NCBI GenBank assembly: GCA_035292525.1
Contig: DATDPZ010000230.1
Span: 1 to 44,915 of the forward strand
Source: Chitinophagaceae bacterium
Lineage (GTDB): Bacteria > Bacteroidota > Bacteroidia > Chitinophagales > Chitinophagaceae
Reading direction: 5' to 3'
DNA: 44,915 nt
The notes beneath the pieces were generated by a model. That model did not search any database and had not been told where the DNA came from. It saw only the letters and a list, made by a program, of their open reading frames with translations. The position numbers and the translations under genes are program-made. Every line of letters starts with the position of its first letter. Position 1 is the stretch's first letter. Below are positions 9,136 to 18,616 of this stretch, piece by piece.

Positions 9136-9735
9136 GTGGCCGTATTCCAATATTCTAAACCAATCAATAAACCCGAACCCATGGCCCTGACGACAATAAG
9201 TGATACAGAATTACTGGTAGAATTCCGTAACCCTGTTACAAAAGAGAAAGCATTCACTTCCATCATAAAAAAATACCAGGAAAAACTCTATTGGCATCTT
9301 CGCCGGATGGTAGTAGAGCATGAAGACGCTAATGATGTACTTCAAAATGTGCTGATTCGTGTATGGAACGGACTTGAAAATTTCAGGGAAGACAGTCAGC
9401 TGTATACCTGGCTTTACCGTGTAGCTACGAATGAATGCCTCACTTTTCTGGAACAACAAAAGAAAAGATCGGCAGTTTCTTTAAATAATGTAGAATCGGG
9501 GCTGGAAAACAAGATCAAAGCAGACCTTCATTTTGATGGCAATAAACTGGAGTGGAAATTGCAGTTAGCCATCCAGCAACTCCCGGATAAACAGAAAATT
9601 GTGTTTCAATTACGGTATTATGATGAGATGCCCTATGAAAAAATGAGCCGGGTACTGGAAACAAGTGAAGGTGCCCTGAAAGCAAGTTATCATCACGCCG
9701 TTAAAAAAATTGAGGAATACATTAAGAATCATTAA
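9136..9735 (+). CDS. ECF-type RNA polymerase sigma-70 family factor
   Basis: The region 2 and region 4 pattern is present (DANDVLQNVLIRVWNGLENFREDSQLYTWLYRVATNECL ... QKIVFQLRYYDEMPYEKMSRVLETSEGALKASYHHAVKKI). The start is ambiguous between GTG at 9136 and ATG at 9181. Confidence 0.85.
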   Translation: MAVFQYSKPINKPEPMALTTISDTELLVEFRNPVTKEKAFTSIIKKYQEKLYWHLRRMVVEHEDANDVLQNVLIRVWNGLENFREDSQLYTWLYRVATNECLTFLEQQKKRSAVSLNNVESGLENKIKADLHFDGNKLEWKLQLAIQQLPDKQKIVFQLRYYDEMPYEKMSRVLETSEGALKASYHHAVKKIEEYIKNH

Positions 9736-9771
9736 ACTTATAATTGGAAATTCTGTCTCAACATAGTTAAA

Positions 9772-10545
9772 ATGACAAGCAGAAACCCCATATTGAATGA
9801 ATTAACCGGTTTAGGGAGCATATTAGCCCAAATCAGTCCCCAACATCTCTATAAAGTACCTGATGGTTATTTTGAGGGGCTGGCTAACCAAACAATGAAC
9901 CGGATCAAAGCTCTGGAAGCAGCCGGTGCAAATGAGGAATTGGAAATTTTGTCGCCTTTGCTGAGTGGTATTTCTAAAGAAAATTTATTTGAAGTTCCTG
10001 CCGGTTATTTTGAAAACCTGAGTGAAAAATTAATGCAGGGTATTCGTGACCATGCTGATTACCTGACAAGTGATGAAGAAATTGCTTCCTTATCGCCATT
10101 ATTAAGCAACATCAGCAGGAAAAGTCCTTACGACATCCCGGCCGGCTATTTTGAAAATCTGAATACAGTAATTGAAAATAAAAAAGAAGCTAAAGTAATT
10201 TCAATAACAAGCCTTAATTGGTATCGTGTTGCCGTTGCCGCTGTTATTTTCGGCGTTGTAGCAATTGGTGCTTTGTTTTTTATGAACCCAAAACAAATTG
10301 ATCCTAATAAAAATCCGCAGGCCTGGGTAAAAAAGAACGTCAATAAAAATGTCAGCCAACAGCAGTTAGATGATTTCGTTGCGCTTGCAAAAGGAAATGA
10401 AAACAACAAAAACCTTTCCGACAATATAAAAACAGATGAGATGAAGGAATTGATGAAGGGTGTTTCAGAAAAAGAGATACAGGATTTTTTAAATGACGCG
10501 GTAGCTTTGGAGTCGGGTGATGCAGAAGATATATTTTTGAATTAA
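9772..10545 (+). CDS. Single-pass membrane protein with three P[AD]GYFE[GN]L repeats, a putative anti-sigma factor partner
   Basis: It sits immediately downstream of the ECF sigma gene. It has three repeats of about 46 aa (..VPDGYFEGL.., ..VPAGYFENL.., ..IPAGYFENL..), one transmembrane helix (WYRVAVAAVIFGVVAIGALFFM) and an acidic C-terminal tail. I did not recognise a zinc-binding anti-sigma motif. Confidence 0.5.
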   Translation: MTSRNPILNELTGLGSILAQISPQHLYKVPDGYFEGLANQTMNRIKALEAAGANEELEILSPLLSGISKENLFEVPAGYFENLSEKLMQGIRDHADYLTSDEEIASLSPLLSNISRKSPYDIPAGYFENLNTVIENKKEAKVISITSLNWYRVAVAAVIFGVVAIGALFFMNPKQIDPNKNPQAWVKKNVNKNVSQQQLDDFVALAKGNENNKNLSDNIKTDEMKELMKGVSEKEIQDFLNDAVALESGDAEDIFLN

Positions 10546-10556
10546 GAGAGAAAGAA

Positions 10557-10970
10557 ATGAAAAAAATAATATTCATATTAACCCTTACTTTGTTTTCCGG
10601 CTTTGCCTCACAGGCACAGGACGATCACAATGATAAGATCCGGGATAAAATGAGAGAGTTCATTCAAAAAAGACTGAACCTTTCCAGAAATGAAGCTGAG
10701 CGTTTTAGTCCCGTTTTTGTCCGTTACTTCACAGAATGGAGGCATGCCCTTAGAGAAAACAAGGATAACCTGATCCGCGAACAAAAAGTTGTTGAACTGA
10801 AAATCCGTTACCGCAATGAGTTTCGAGAAATTGTTGGTGAAAAAAGAAGTTCTGAAGTTTACAAACAGCAGGATGTGTTCATTGATCAGTTGAAAAGAAT
10901 GCGGGAAGAACAAATTAAAAACCGAAGGGATGACCGGCCGAATAAACGGTTCGAAGCCCTTAATTATTAA
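10557..10970 (+). CDS. Small secreted helical protein, possibly a Spy/CpxP-like periplasmic protein
   Basis: Signal peptide MKKIIFILTLTLFSGFASQAQ, followed by a charged helical sequence with LNLSRNEAERFSPVFVRYF, which resembles the LTxxQ-type motif. It is the third gene of the sigma operon. Confidence 0.4.
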   Translation: MKKIIFILTLTLFSGFASQAQDDHNDKIRDKMREFIQKRLNLSRNEAERFSPVFVRYFTEWRHALRENKDNLIREQKVVELKIRYRNEFREIVGEKRSSEVYKQQDVFIDQLKRMREEQIKNRRDDRPNKRFEALNY

Positions 10971-10999
10971 TTTAAAAAAATGTTTTTCAAAGGTTAACA

Positions 11000-11032
11000 A
11001 CGGCCGGCTCTGATAAGGGTCGGCTGTTTTTT
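11000..11032 (+). terminator. Rho-independent terminator ending the sigma operon
   Basis: ACGGCCGGCTC pairs with GGGTCGGCTGT (11 bp including G-U pairs) around the loop TGATAA, followed by TTTTTT. Confidence 0.55.
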
Positions 11033-11082
11033 AAACACGAATGGTCGCTGATTATTGCTGATTTTCACTAATAATTTCTTTT

Positions 11083-11466
11083 ATGGTTGATGATTTACTT
11101 TTTAAAGAAGAATGTTATAAGCTTATTGGGATCAGCATGAAAATTCATACAAAGATTGGAAAAGGATTTAAAGAAATAGTTTATAAAGATGCTCTTGAGG
11201 TAGAATTTCAAAATAATGAAATCCCTTATGAAAGAGAAAAGAAGTTTAAAATTCAATACGAAGATGCTGTACTTCGTCATTCCTTTGACGCTGATTTTTT
11301 TGTGTATAATTCTATCATCCTTGAGATAAAAGCTGCATCACAATTTCTTCCTGACAACTTCAAACAAACCCTGAATTATCTTAAGGCTTCGCAGGTAAAA
11401 CCGGGAATTCTAATAAATTTTGGCGAGGACAAACTAAATTTTAAAAGAATCGTTTGTTCCTATTAG
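11083..11466 (+). CDS. GxxExxY protein (PD-(D/E)XK nuclease-fold small protein family)
   Basis: 127 aa with GKGFKEIVYKDALEVEF, FDADFFVYNSIILEIKA and GILINFG, the hallmark layout of the GxxExxY family. The gene stands alone, and its stop lies 3 nt from the stop of the convergent MBL gene. Confidence 0.8.
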   Translation: MVDDLLFKEECYKLIGISMKIHTKIGKGFKEIVYKDALEVEFQNNEIPYEREKKFKIQYEDAVLRHSFDADFFVYNSIILEIKAASQFLPDNFKQTLNYLKASQVKPGILINFGEDKLNFKRIVCSY

Positions 11467-11469
11467 CGT

Positions 11470-12243
11470 TCATTCGCCTTCATTAGCATAAATTGGCGAT
11501 TTAATATCATGATAAAACAGAAAGGTCCATTTTTCTTTTCTACCCGTTTCCCACCATGCAGTTCTTAACTCCAATGCTTTTTTCCCGTTAAAATCATATT
11601 TAGCTACAAACCGGTGTTTCATTTGCTGCAGTTGTGGAGCATCATCACCTCCAAAAAAAATTATTTCATCGCGGTCCCGGATCCAAAAAACCTGGTGATG
11701 GAGAGAGTGTGCTCCCGTTCTTTTAAACTGTATATATTCATCAATCAATCCCTCCTCTTCTTTCAGCAATTCTACCCGGGAAGAATTTTTTAAAGCAGCG
11801 ATTCTTTCATACATAAAAGAAGAAGAACCTTTTTCTAATGCAAAGTTCAATTCACTTTCCTGCACATAATAAGTGGCATCAGGAAAGCTGAGGATTGAAG
11901 GATCTGCCGCTTCAGTCACCGCACCAGCATGATCCTTGTGTAAATGGGTGAGTAATACTTTGGTGATATCCGAAGGATTAATTCCTGCTTGTGAAAGATT
12001 ATAGTGGATTTGCAATTTCTCTTTTTTATCTCCAGCAGCATCCTTATAAGTAAACCCCAATCCGGTATCTAGCAGTAAAATGTCTTTTGAGGTGATCACA
12101 ACAAAAGGCTGTATTTCCACCAACAGGCTACCTGCCGGCCGGGATTGTAAATTGTGTTCATCCTCATTAAATGGAACAAAAAGTTTTGTTTTATCAACCG
12201 TAAAGGAGCCTTCGCTGAGGGGAATAATTCTCATAGATTTCAA
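11470..12243 (-). CDS. MBL-fold metallo-hydrolase
   Basis: 257 aa with the metal-binding motif THLHKDHAG, an upstream LLDTG, and a downstream HS..HH. Confidence 0.8.
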   Translation of the reverse strand: MKSMRIIPLSEGSFTVDKTKLFVPFNEDEHNLQSRPAGSLLVEIQPFVVITSKDILLLDTGLGFTYKDAAGDKKEKLQIHYNLSQAGINPSDITKVLLTHLHKDHAGAVTEAADPSILSFPDATYYVQESELNFALEKGSSSFMYERIAALKNSSRVELLKEEEGLIDEYIQFKRTGAHSLHHQVFWIRDRDEIIFFGGDDAPQLQQMKHRFVAKYDFNGKKALELRTAWWETGRKEKWTFLFYHDIKSPIYANEGE

Positions 12244-12309
12244 AAATACAAATCACAAATTCCAAATGTGATATTTGCTTCCGTTAATTACCAATTTTGT
12301 TTTTTAGTT

Positions 12310-13647
12310 TTAGCGTAATACCATCTGGCGGTCAGCATCCAGTCTTATAAGAATAAAAAGCAATATGGTATTTGTAAGCAATGAGGTGCCTCCATAGCTA
12401 ACAAACGGAAGAGTAATACCAATCACCGGGGCAAGGCCAATAGTCATAGCCAGGTTGATACTGATATGAAAAAAGAAAACAGCCCCCACCCCGTAAGCAT
12501 AACACCTGCTGAACACACTGCGTTGCCGTTCGGCAATGGTAACGATTCTTAATAAAAGGACCAGGTATAGTCCAAGTAAAAAAATACTGCCCAAAAAACC
12601 AAAGCCCTCGCCGATTGTACAAAAAATAAAATCGGTTCTTTGCTCCGGTACAAAATCAAACCTGGTTTGCGTTCCTTTCAATAATCCTCTTCCTGCCAGG
12701 CCACCACTTCCAATAGCAATCTTTGATTGTTTTACATTATAGTCAACATCTTTTTTTCTTGCCGGCGTTGAACTCTCTTCGCCTGTACTAATCTTGTATT
12801 CAACCGGGACATCTTTTCCAATGGTACTGAAAATCCTTTCCACCTGGTGTGGCCTTAGTACATGTTTGAAAAATTGAGGCACCCCGATATAAACCAAAGA
12901 ACAGGTCAGCAACCACACAAAAGCGATCTTCATTAATAGGGAAAACTTTCTTTTTATCTGCTTACGCAAAATGATTGCAACAAAAACCGCTATCACAGTA
13001 AATATTAAAACCAATATGTCATTGGGAATAAGCAGTGTGGAAATAACCAGCAGTGCCACTGAAAATCCCAGGACCAGCACATAGGAAGACAATCCCTCTC
13101 TGTACATAACAATAAAGAAAGACAGATAAACAAGCGCCAAGCCGGTTTCGCTTTGAAAAATACTGAAGACGGCCGGTAATAATGTAATGCCGGTGGCTAT
13201 TAACTGTGATTTTGTTTTACTAAAATCCGTATCCGGCCTGGAAAGATATTTTGCCAGGGCAAGGCATACACATATTTTACAAAATTCCGCAGGCTGAAAC
13301 TGGAAACTGCCAATACGAATAATTGAATCCGTCCCTCTAACACTTGAACCCAGGGGAAAAACCAGTATTAATAATAAAATTCCAAAGGCATACCAGATAT
13401 TGGCGGTAGCGGCAAAAAATTTACTATCGGTAAGTAAAATAAACATACCGATAAACCCTGCGATTATAAAAAAATAAAATTGTTTACTGAAATCAGTTTT
13501 AAATCCCATGAAAGACTGTAGCACATTTTCTCCTTCGCGGTAAGTAGCTCCAAAAATGGCGACCATTCCAATAATACACAACAATACCCAAAGCCAAACC
13601 AGGCTCCAGTCAATACCTTTTGATATTTCGGGATTTTGTTTGGTCAT
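12310..13647 (-). CDS. rodA: Rod shape-determining protein RodA (SEDS family)
   Basis: 445-aa polytopic FtsW/RodA/SpoVE-like protein (PAEFCKI..., FIFCTIGEGFGFLGS, LPFVSYGGTSLL). It overlaps the mrdA stop by 4 nt. Confidence 0.9.
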   Translation of the reverse strand: MTKQNPEISKGIDWSLVWLWVLLCIIGMVAIFGATYREGENVLQSFMGFKTDFSKQFYFFIIAGFIGMFILLTDSKFFAATANIWYAFGILLLILVFPLGSSVRGTDSIIRIGSFQFQPAEFCKICVCLALAKYLSRPDTDFSKTKSQLIATGITLLPAVFSIFQSETGLALVYLSFFIVMYREGLSSYVLVLGFSVALLVISTLLIPNDILVLIFTVIAVFVAIILRKQIKRKFSLLMKIAFVWLLTCSLVYIGVPQFFKHVLRPHQVERIFSTIGKDVPVEYKISTGEESSTPARKKDVDYNVKQSKIAIGSGGLAGRGLLKGTQTRFDFVPEQRTDFIFCTIGEGFGFLGSIFLLGLYLVLLLRIVTIAERQRSVFSRCYAYGVGAVFFFHISINLAMTIGLAPVIGITLPFVSYGGTSLLTNTILLFILIRLDADRQMVLR

Positions 13648-15731
13648 ATCAGCTTCGCTCCAGTTTTCTTAGTACCCGTTTGATTAAAGTTTAAGAGGGC
13701 AAACCATTCTACTCTTTTCTTCTTATTGGGAGTATTTGGAAAAGTGGGAACTTTAGTTTTTTGCAAAACGTATTTATGAATATAAAGGCTATCCCTCGTC
13801 ATTTTGAACCACTCGTATGCCCTGATTGAATCTTCCCGGAATTGTTCCCTTGTCAACCACTTAGGCATCAGGTTGGTGGCGGCAATTCTTTCTACATCGG
13901 CTTTACTTCTTTCCTGGATTGTATCATTCAGGTATTTTTCCATTAATATTCTCGCTATTGGGCCTGCCCAGGTAGAACCATACCCTGCATTTTCTACTAC
14001 TACGGCTAATGCAATTCTTGGATTTTCTTTGGGTGCAAAACAAACAAACATGGAATTATTAGGAAGCTTTACTCTTTTCCTGTCTAATATCCGGTAGTTT
14101 TCAGAAGTACCGGTTTTTGCACAGACTTCTATTCCCGGAATTTTTGCGATCCTTGCTGTACCATGTTCTACTACATCATGCATACCATTGATCACAGCCT
14201 GGTAGGCTGTATCTGAAATATGAGTAAGCACTTCATGTTTAATTCTGTATGGCTCTAAAAAAATAGTGTCTTCTTCAGTCTCCTGGTCTATTTTCTCAAC
14301 AAAATGAGGTGTATAGTAATACCCTTTATTTGCAATAATGCTCATAGCATTGGCTAACTGCAGTGGAGTAGTTGTCATCATATCCTGGCCAATACCAAGG
14401 GTCAGATTAGTACAGGAGTTCCATTGGTTCCGGTATTCCTTATTATATCTTGCCGAATCAGGAATATTGCCTTTGTCTTCACTTGGTAAATCAATACCGG
14501 ATCTTACACCCAGGCCAAATGTATTCAAATAGTCATGCCATCTCTGGTAACCTTCTTTTACATTTTTAAACTTTGGGTTATCAACTGTCAACCGGAAAAC
14601 ATGAGCATAATAAGCATTACAGGAATTGGCAATGGATAAACGGAGGTTGGCCGCATGTCCACCGCCGGCATGTGTGCAGGCAGGTTTACCAATTCCACAT
14701 CCATTGTATCTTCCCATACATGGAAAGCCAAACGCGGGGGTGATTACTCCTTCATCCAATGCTACTAATGCGCCAATTGGTTTGAAGGTGGAGCCGGGAG
14801 GATATAATCCTTTGATTGCCCTGTTAAGCAATGGAGAAGAAACATCCAGCACCAGTTTTGCATAGTTCTTACTTTTTTCAGGACCGGTAAGATTATTTGG
14901 GTTAAAATTGGGACCAGAAACCATGGTTAGAATACCGCCTGTTTTTGGATCAAGCGCCACTACAGCACCTACTTTGTTTGTCATCAGTTTTTCTGCCAGT
15001 TGCTGCAACTCTATATCAATATATGTTTTTAATCCACGGCCGGCAATAGCAGAAGTATCAAACTCTCCGTTTTCAAAAGAACCAACCAGCCTGTTTTTAT
15101 TATCCTTGATCAGGTATTGTACACCCCGCTGGCCCTTCAATACTTTTTCATAATAAGATTCAAGGCCGCTTTGCCCGATATAATCTCCCATGCGGTAATA
15201 ATTTCCCGACTGCACTATTTGTTTCGGGCTTACTTCAGAAATATAACCCATAATATGTGCCCCGGAATTGAAAGGATATACACGAACGGGACGCTGCACC
15301 AGGACAAAACCCGGAAACCGCCAGCTATTTTCTTCAAACCTTGCCTGCAAATCAGGTGTTAGCAGATCATCGAAGATAGAAGGCCGTACAGAAGTATTTT
15401 TTATAATGGCATCCACCATCCTTTTTTTGAATTCCGGTTCATCAATCCCCATCATTCTGCAAAACTCCAACGTATCAATTCCTTTTACTTCGGCAGGGGT
15501 TACCATCAGGTCGTACATGTAAGCATTGTTCAGTATTGCCCTCCCTTTACGATCGTAAATGATTCCTCTTTCGGGATAAACTATTTTTGGATATATGGCA
15601 TTATCCATTGCCAGCTTTCTGTATTTATTAGAAAGGACCTGGAGGTTGAACAACTGTACAAAAATTGCAAAAAATGCTACCAGGAAAATAAGCTTGATAA
15701 TACGGCTTCTTGATTGGTTAAACACAGGCAT
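13644..15731 (-). CDS. mrdA: Penicillin-binding protein 2 (elongasome transpeptidase)
   Basis: 695 aa with an N-terminal membrane anchor and the transpeptidase motifs STFKP, SCN and KTGT. It lies between mreD and rodA. Confidence 0.9.
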   Translation of the reverse strand: MPVFNQSRSRIIKLIFLVAFFAIFVQLFNLQVLSNKYRKLAMDNAIYPKIVYPERGIIYDRKGRAILNNAYMYDLMVTPAEVKGIDTLEFCRMMGIDEPEFKKRMVDAIIKNTSVRPSIFDDLLTPDLQARFEENSWRFPGFVLVQRPVRVYPFNSGAHIMGYISEVSPKQIVQSGNYYRMGDYIGQSGLESYYEKVLKGQRGVQYLIKDNKNRLVGSFENGEFDTSAIAGRGLKTYIDIELQQLAEKLMTNKVGAVVALDPKTGGILTMVSGPNFNPNNLTGPEKSKNYAKLVLDVSSPLLNRAIKGLYPPGSTFKPIGALVALDEGVITPAFGFPCMGRYNGCGIGKPACTHAGGGHAANLRLSIANSCNAYYAHVFRLTVDNPKFKNVKEGYQRWHDYLNTFGLGVRSGIDLPSEDKGNIPDSARYNKEYRNQWNSCTNLTLGIGQDMMTTTPLQLANAMSIIANKGYYYTPHFVEKIDQETEEDTIFLEPYRIKHEVLTHISDTAYQAVINGMHDVVEHGTARIAKIPGIEVCAKTGTSENYRILDRKRVKLPNNSMFVCFAPKENPRIALAVVVENAGYGSTWAGPIARILMEKYLNDTIQERSKADVERIAATNLMPKWLTREQFREDSIRAYEWFKMTRDSLYIHKYVLQKTKVPTFPNTPNKKKRVEWFALLNFNQTGTKKTGAKLI

Positions 15732-15885
15732 AGATCAATGAAAGAGATGACAGGTTAGAAGTAAAAGCACAAATTACAACTTAGAAATTATAATTAAAAT
15801 GAAGTCATCATCTTTTAGTTTTCTTTTATCGTTTTTCCAAACCCAAGATAGTTTTTTTTCATTCCATCATTTGTTATTTCAAATA

Positions 15886-16419
15886 TCAGGACGTATTGGT
15901 CCGGAATTTCAGTTTCCTCGGAAATAATACTTCAGCTGTCAGTATCATCAACATGCTGATACCCGTGGTAGCAAAAACTTTTATGATAAAATCAAGAAAA
16001 CTTCCAAACTCCAGCCACTCCAGAAACACCAGATAGCCGTGGTGTAAAAAAGTAAGTACAAAAACATAGACAGAATAGGGAGCCCAGCCCATGGCTCTTG
16101 CAGATGGTTCACGGTAGTTAAATTCTGACAGATCTTTTGGGGTAAGCACATTCACCAGGAAAGGCCGTATATAGGCGATCAGCAGGCAGGCTGCAGCATG
16201 TAAACCCGGGGAGCTGGTAAAATAATCGAGGGTTAAGCCGGTAAAAAAACCAATGATCAATAACCAAAACCTTGATACCGAAAAAGGGATCCAGAGGATG
16301 AATAAAAAATAAATGACGGGTACAATAAAACGATGCAGTGGCGGAATATTATCCAGCACATACACCTGCAGGGCTATGAAAAGGAAGAACCGTAATATAT
16401 TTCTGATAAGATCACTCAT
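15886..16419 (-). CDS. mreD: Rod shape-determining protein MreD
   Basis: 177-aa hydrophobic protein directly after mreC with a 4-nt overlap, the typical position and size for MreD. Confidence 0.8.
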   Translation of the reverse strand: MSDLIRNILRFFLFIALQVYVLDNIPPLHRFIVPVIYFLFILWIPFSVSRFWLLIIGFFTGLTLDYFTSSPGLHAAACLLIAYIRPFLVNVLTPKDLSEFNYREPSARAMGWAPYSVYVFVLTFLHHGYLVFLEWLEFGSFLDFIIKVFATTGISMLMILTAEVLFPRKLKFRTNTS

Positions 16420-17294
16420 GGTTTTTTCTTTTGTATCTCATCTATTTTTTTCTGTGTGGCTTTGTCCAGGTTTATTTGTTCTTCCCGCTGCAGGTTTTCA
16501 ATTACAAATACCTGTTGCAGGTTTTGGAAATTTGCTGACGTCCTGATCTTTAACACATAAAAGTTGGTGCTTTTGTCATCTACTATTTCTGCAACCGTGC
16601 CAATCATCCAACCGGGAGGGAAATTGTAGGAGTAGATACCGGTAAGTACAGTATCTCCAATCACCACGGAGTCGCTTTTAGGAATGTCCCGTAAAGTCAG
16701 GTACAAAGGGTTTTTGCCATCCCACTCTATTCTTCCGTTAATCCTGCTTCTTTTCATCATCGCATTTACCTTACTCTGTATATGTAACAGGCTCATGGCC
16801 TGGCTGAAGTTTTCGCTGACAGCAACGATCTGACCTGCTACACTCCCATCAGAATTGATAACAGCCATATTATCTTTAATCCCATTTTTTGCTCCACGGT
16901 TGATCTGGAAATAATTTTTCTGATTAATGATTGAGTTACTTACCACTTTAGCTTCCCGGGCAATATACCTTCTTAAAGCACCCGAACTGTCAAAGCTGAT
17001 GCTGTCTTTCATCAAAACCATTCCCGTATCTGCCAGCAGAAAATTACCAGGAAGAAGGTTAAGCAGATAGTCATTCATCCGGTGTACTTTCAGGTTCTCT
17101 TCTTTTAAATGAAAGTATTCATCTACTTTATTAATATTGGAATTGAAGTAACCGGTTATTTCATTTGCCTTACCTAAAAAAACTGCCCGGTGGTACTGAT
17201 TGTACCGGAATAACATGGACAATGCCACGAACTGCAACAGTAAAAAACTGATGAAAGTAAAATATCGGCGTATAAAAAGGAAGACGTTACGCAT
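16416..17294 (-). CDS. mreC: Rod shape-determining protein MreC
   Basis: N-terminal anchor MRNVFLFIRRYFTFISFLLLQFVALSML, a coiled segment and a beta-rich domain. I prefer the ATG at 17294 to the GTG-extended ORF start at 17312. Confidence 0.85.
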   Translation of the reverse strand: MRNVFLFIRRYFTFISFLLLQFVALSMLFRYNQYHRAVFLGKANEITGYFNSNINKVDEYFHLKEENLKVHRMNDYLLNLLPGNFLLADTGMVLMKDSISFDSSGALRRYIAREAKVVSNSIINQKNYFQINRGAKNGIKDNMAVINSDGSVAGQIVAVSENFSQAMSLLHIQSKVNAMMKRSRINGRIEWDGKNPLYLTLRDIPKSDSVVIGDTVLTGIYSYNFPPGWMIGTVAEIVDDKSTNFYVLKIRTSANFQNLQQVFVIENLQREEQINLDKATQKKIDEIQKKKP

Positions 17295-17335
17295 ACAAAT
17301 TTCCCTCTCCACTTGTGGAGGGGGTTAGGGTGAGG

Positions 17336-18361
17336 CTAACGCATCACGAAAGGAAACCGGTCATAATGCTTCAGTGCTATACCGGTACCACGTACTACAC
17401 TCTTCAGTGGATCGTCAGCAATATGTACAGGTAGTTTTATTTTTTGACTCAATCTTTTATCCAATCCACGAAGCAAAGCGCCGCCACCGGTTAAATATAA
17501 ACCACGGCGGTAAATATCGCCGGCAAGTTCCGGAGGGGTTTGTTCCAATGCTTTTAAGATTGCTTCTTCTATTTTAAAAACACTTTTATCAAGTGCTTCA
17601 GCAATTTCCTGAAAACTCACCATGATCTGTTTAGGAATACCGGTGACCAGGTCACGTCCGTTTACCGGGATATCATCCGGAGGATTATCCAGGTCTTTCA
17701 TAGCAGCTCCTACCTGAATCTTTATCTGTTCCGCTGTTCTTTCACCAATCAACAAGCTATGATAGCGGCGAAGTGCTTCCATAATATCCGCTGTAAATTC
17801 ATCTCCTGCAATCCGGATACTCTGATCACAAACAATTCCTGCAAGAGCAATTACTGTAATGCCGGTAGTGCCCCCGCCAATATCTATGATCATGTTGCCT
17901 ACCGGCTCTTCCACATCAATACCTATACCCAGCGCAGCGGCCATCGGCTCATGAATAAGGTACACTTCCTTGGCCCCGGCCTGTTCTGCACTGTCACGAA
18001 CAGCTCTTTTTTCCACTTCAGTAATGGAAGAAGGAATACAGATCATCATTCTCCAGCTGGGGGGAAACCAGGGTTTTTTAGGATATACCATTTTGATAAA
18101 CTCCCTGATCATTAATTCAGCCGCATTGAAATCAGCGATCACTCCGTCTCTCAGCGGACGAACGGTGCGGATACTCTCGTGAGTTTTTTCATGCATCATT
18201 AATGCCCGTTTACCCACTGCCAGCACTTCCTTTGGATTATTCCGGTTCAGTGCAACAATAGAAGGTTCGTTCACCACCACTTCGTCGTTATGTATTATGA
18301 GGGTATTGGCCGTACCCAGATCAATAGCAATTTCTTGCGTAAACCAGTTAAAAAGTCCCAT
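17336..18361 (-). CDS. mreB: Rod shape-determining protein MreB (actin homologue)
   Basis: 341 aa with IAIDLGTANTLI, DIGGGTTG and GGGALLRGLDKRL, a canonical MreB. Confidence 0.95.
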   Translation of the reverse strand: MGLFNWFTQEIAIDLGTANTLIIHNDEVVVNEPSIVALNRNNPKEVLAVGKRALMMHEKTHESIRTVRPLRDGVIADFNAAELMIREFIKMVYPKKPWFPPSWRMMICIPSSITEVEKRAVRDSAEQAGAKEVYLIHEPMAAALGIGIDVEEPVGNMIIDIGGGTTGITVIALAGIVCDQSIRIAGDEFTADIMEALRRYHSLLIGERTAEQIKIQVGAAMKDLDNPPDDIPVNGRDLVTGIPKQIMVSFQEIAEALDKSVFKIEEAILKALEQTPPELAGDIYRRGLYLTGGGALLRGLDKRLSQKIKLPVHIADDPLKSVVRGTGIALKHYDRFPFVMR

Positions 18362-18616
18362 TCTTATTTTTTGAAATTAATGGTGGCAAAGTTGGCATAA
18401 ATAAACCGAAATAACAAAGCAAACATCATGCTACAGAAATATTTTTTTATGTATTTATGATTCTGATATCTGCAGAGAATTGAATTCTTAAACCAGAATT
18501 GATTTTCTATTTAGCTATTGTTTCGATTGTTTATGCCGGCTAATACAGGAAGTCTACTTTTGATTCGTTCCCCTACAGAACTCTTCAGAACAAAATGATT
18601 AATTTCAAATTCAATT

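Noticed and set aside
12244-12309. A 6-bp hairpin (ATCACA/TGTGAT) after rodA, considered as a terminator.
   Set aside because: The stem is short and AT-rich with a 9-nt loop, which is not convincing.
15732-15885. A 154-bp gap between mreD and mrdA, checked for a small gene or RNA.
   Set aside because: Only very short ORFs (15 aa or fewer) and no clear hairpin or repeat are present. It is probably an internal promoter or spacer.
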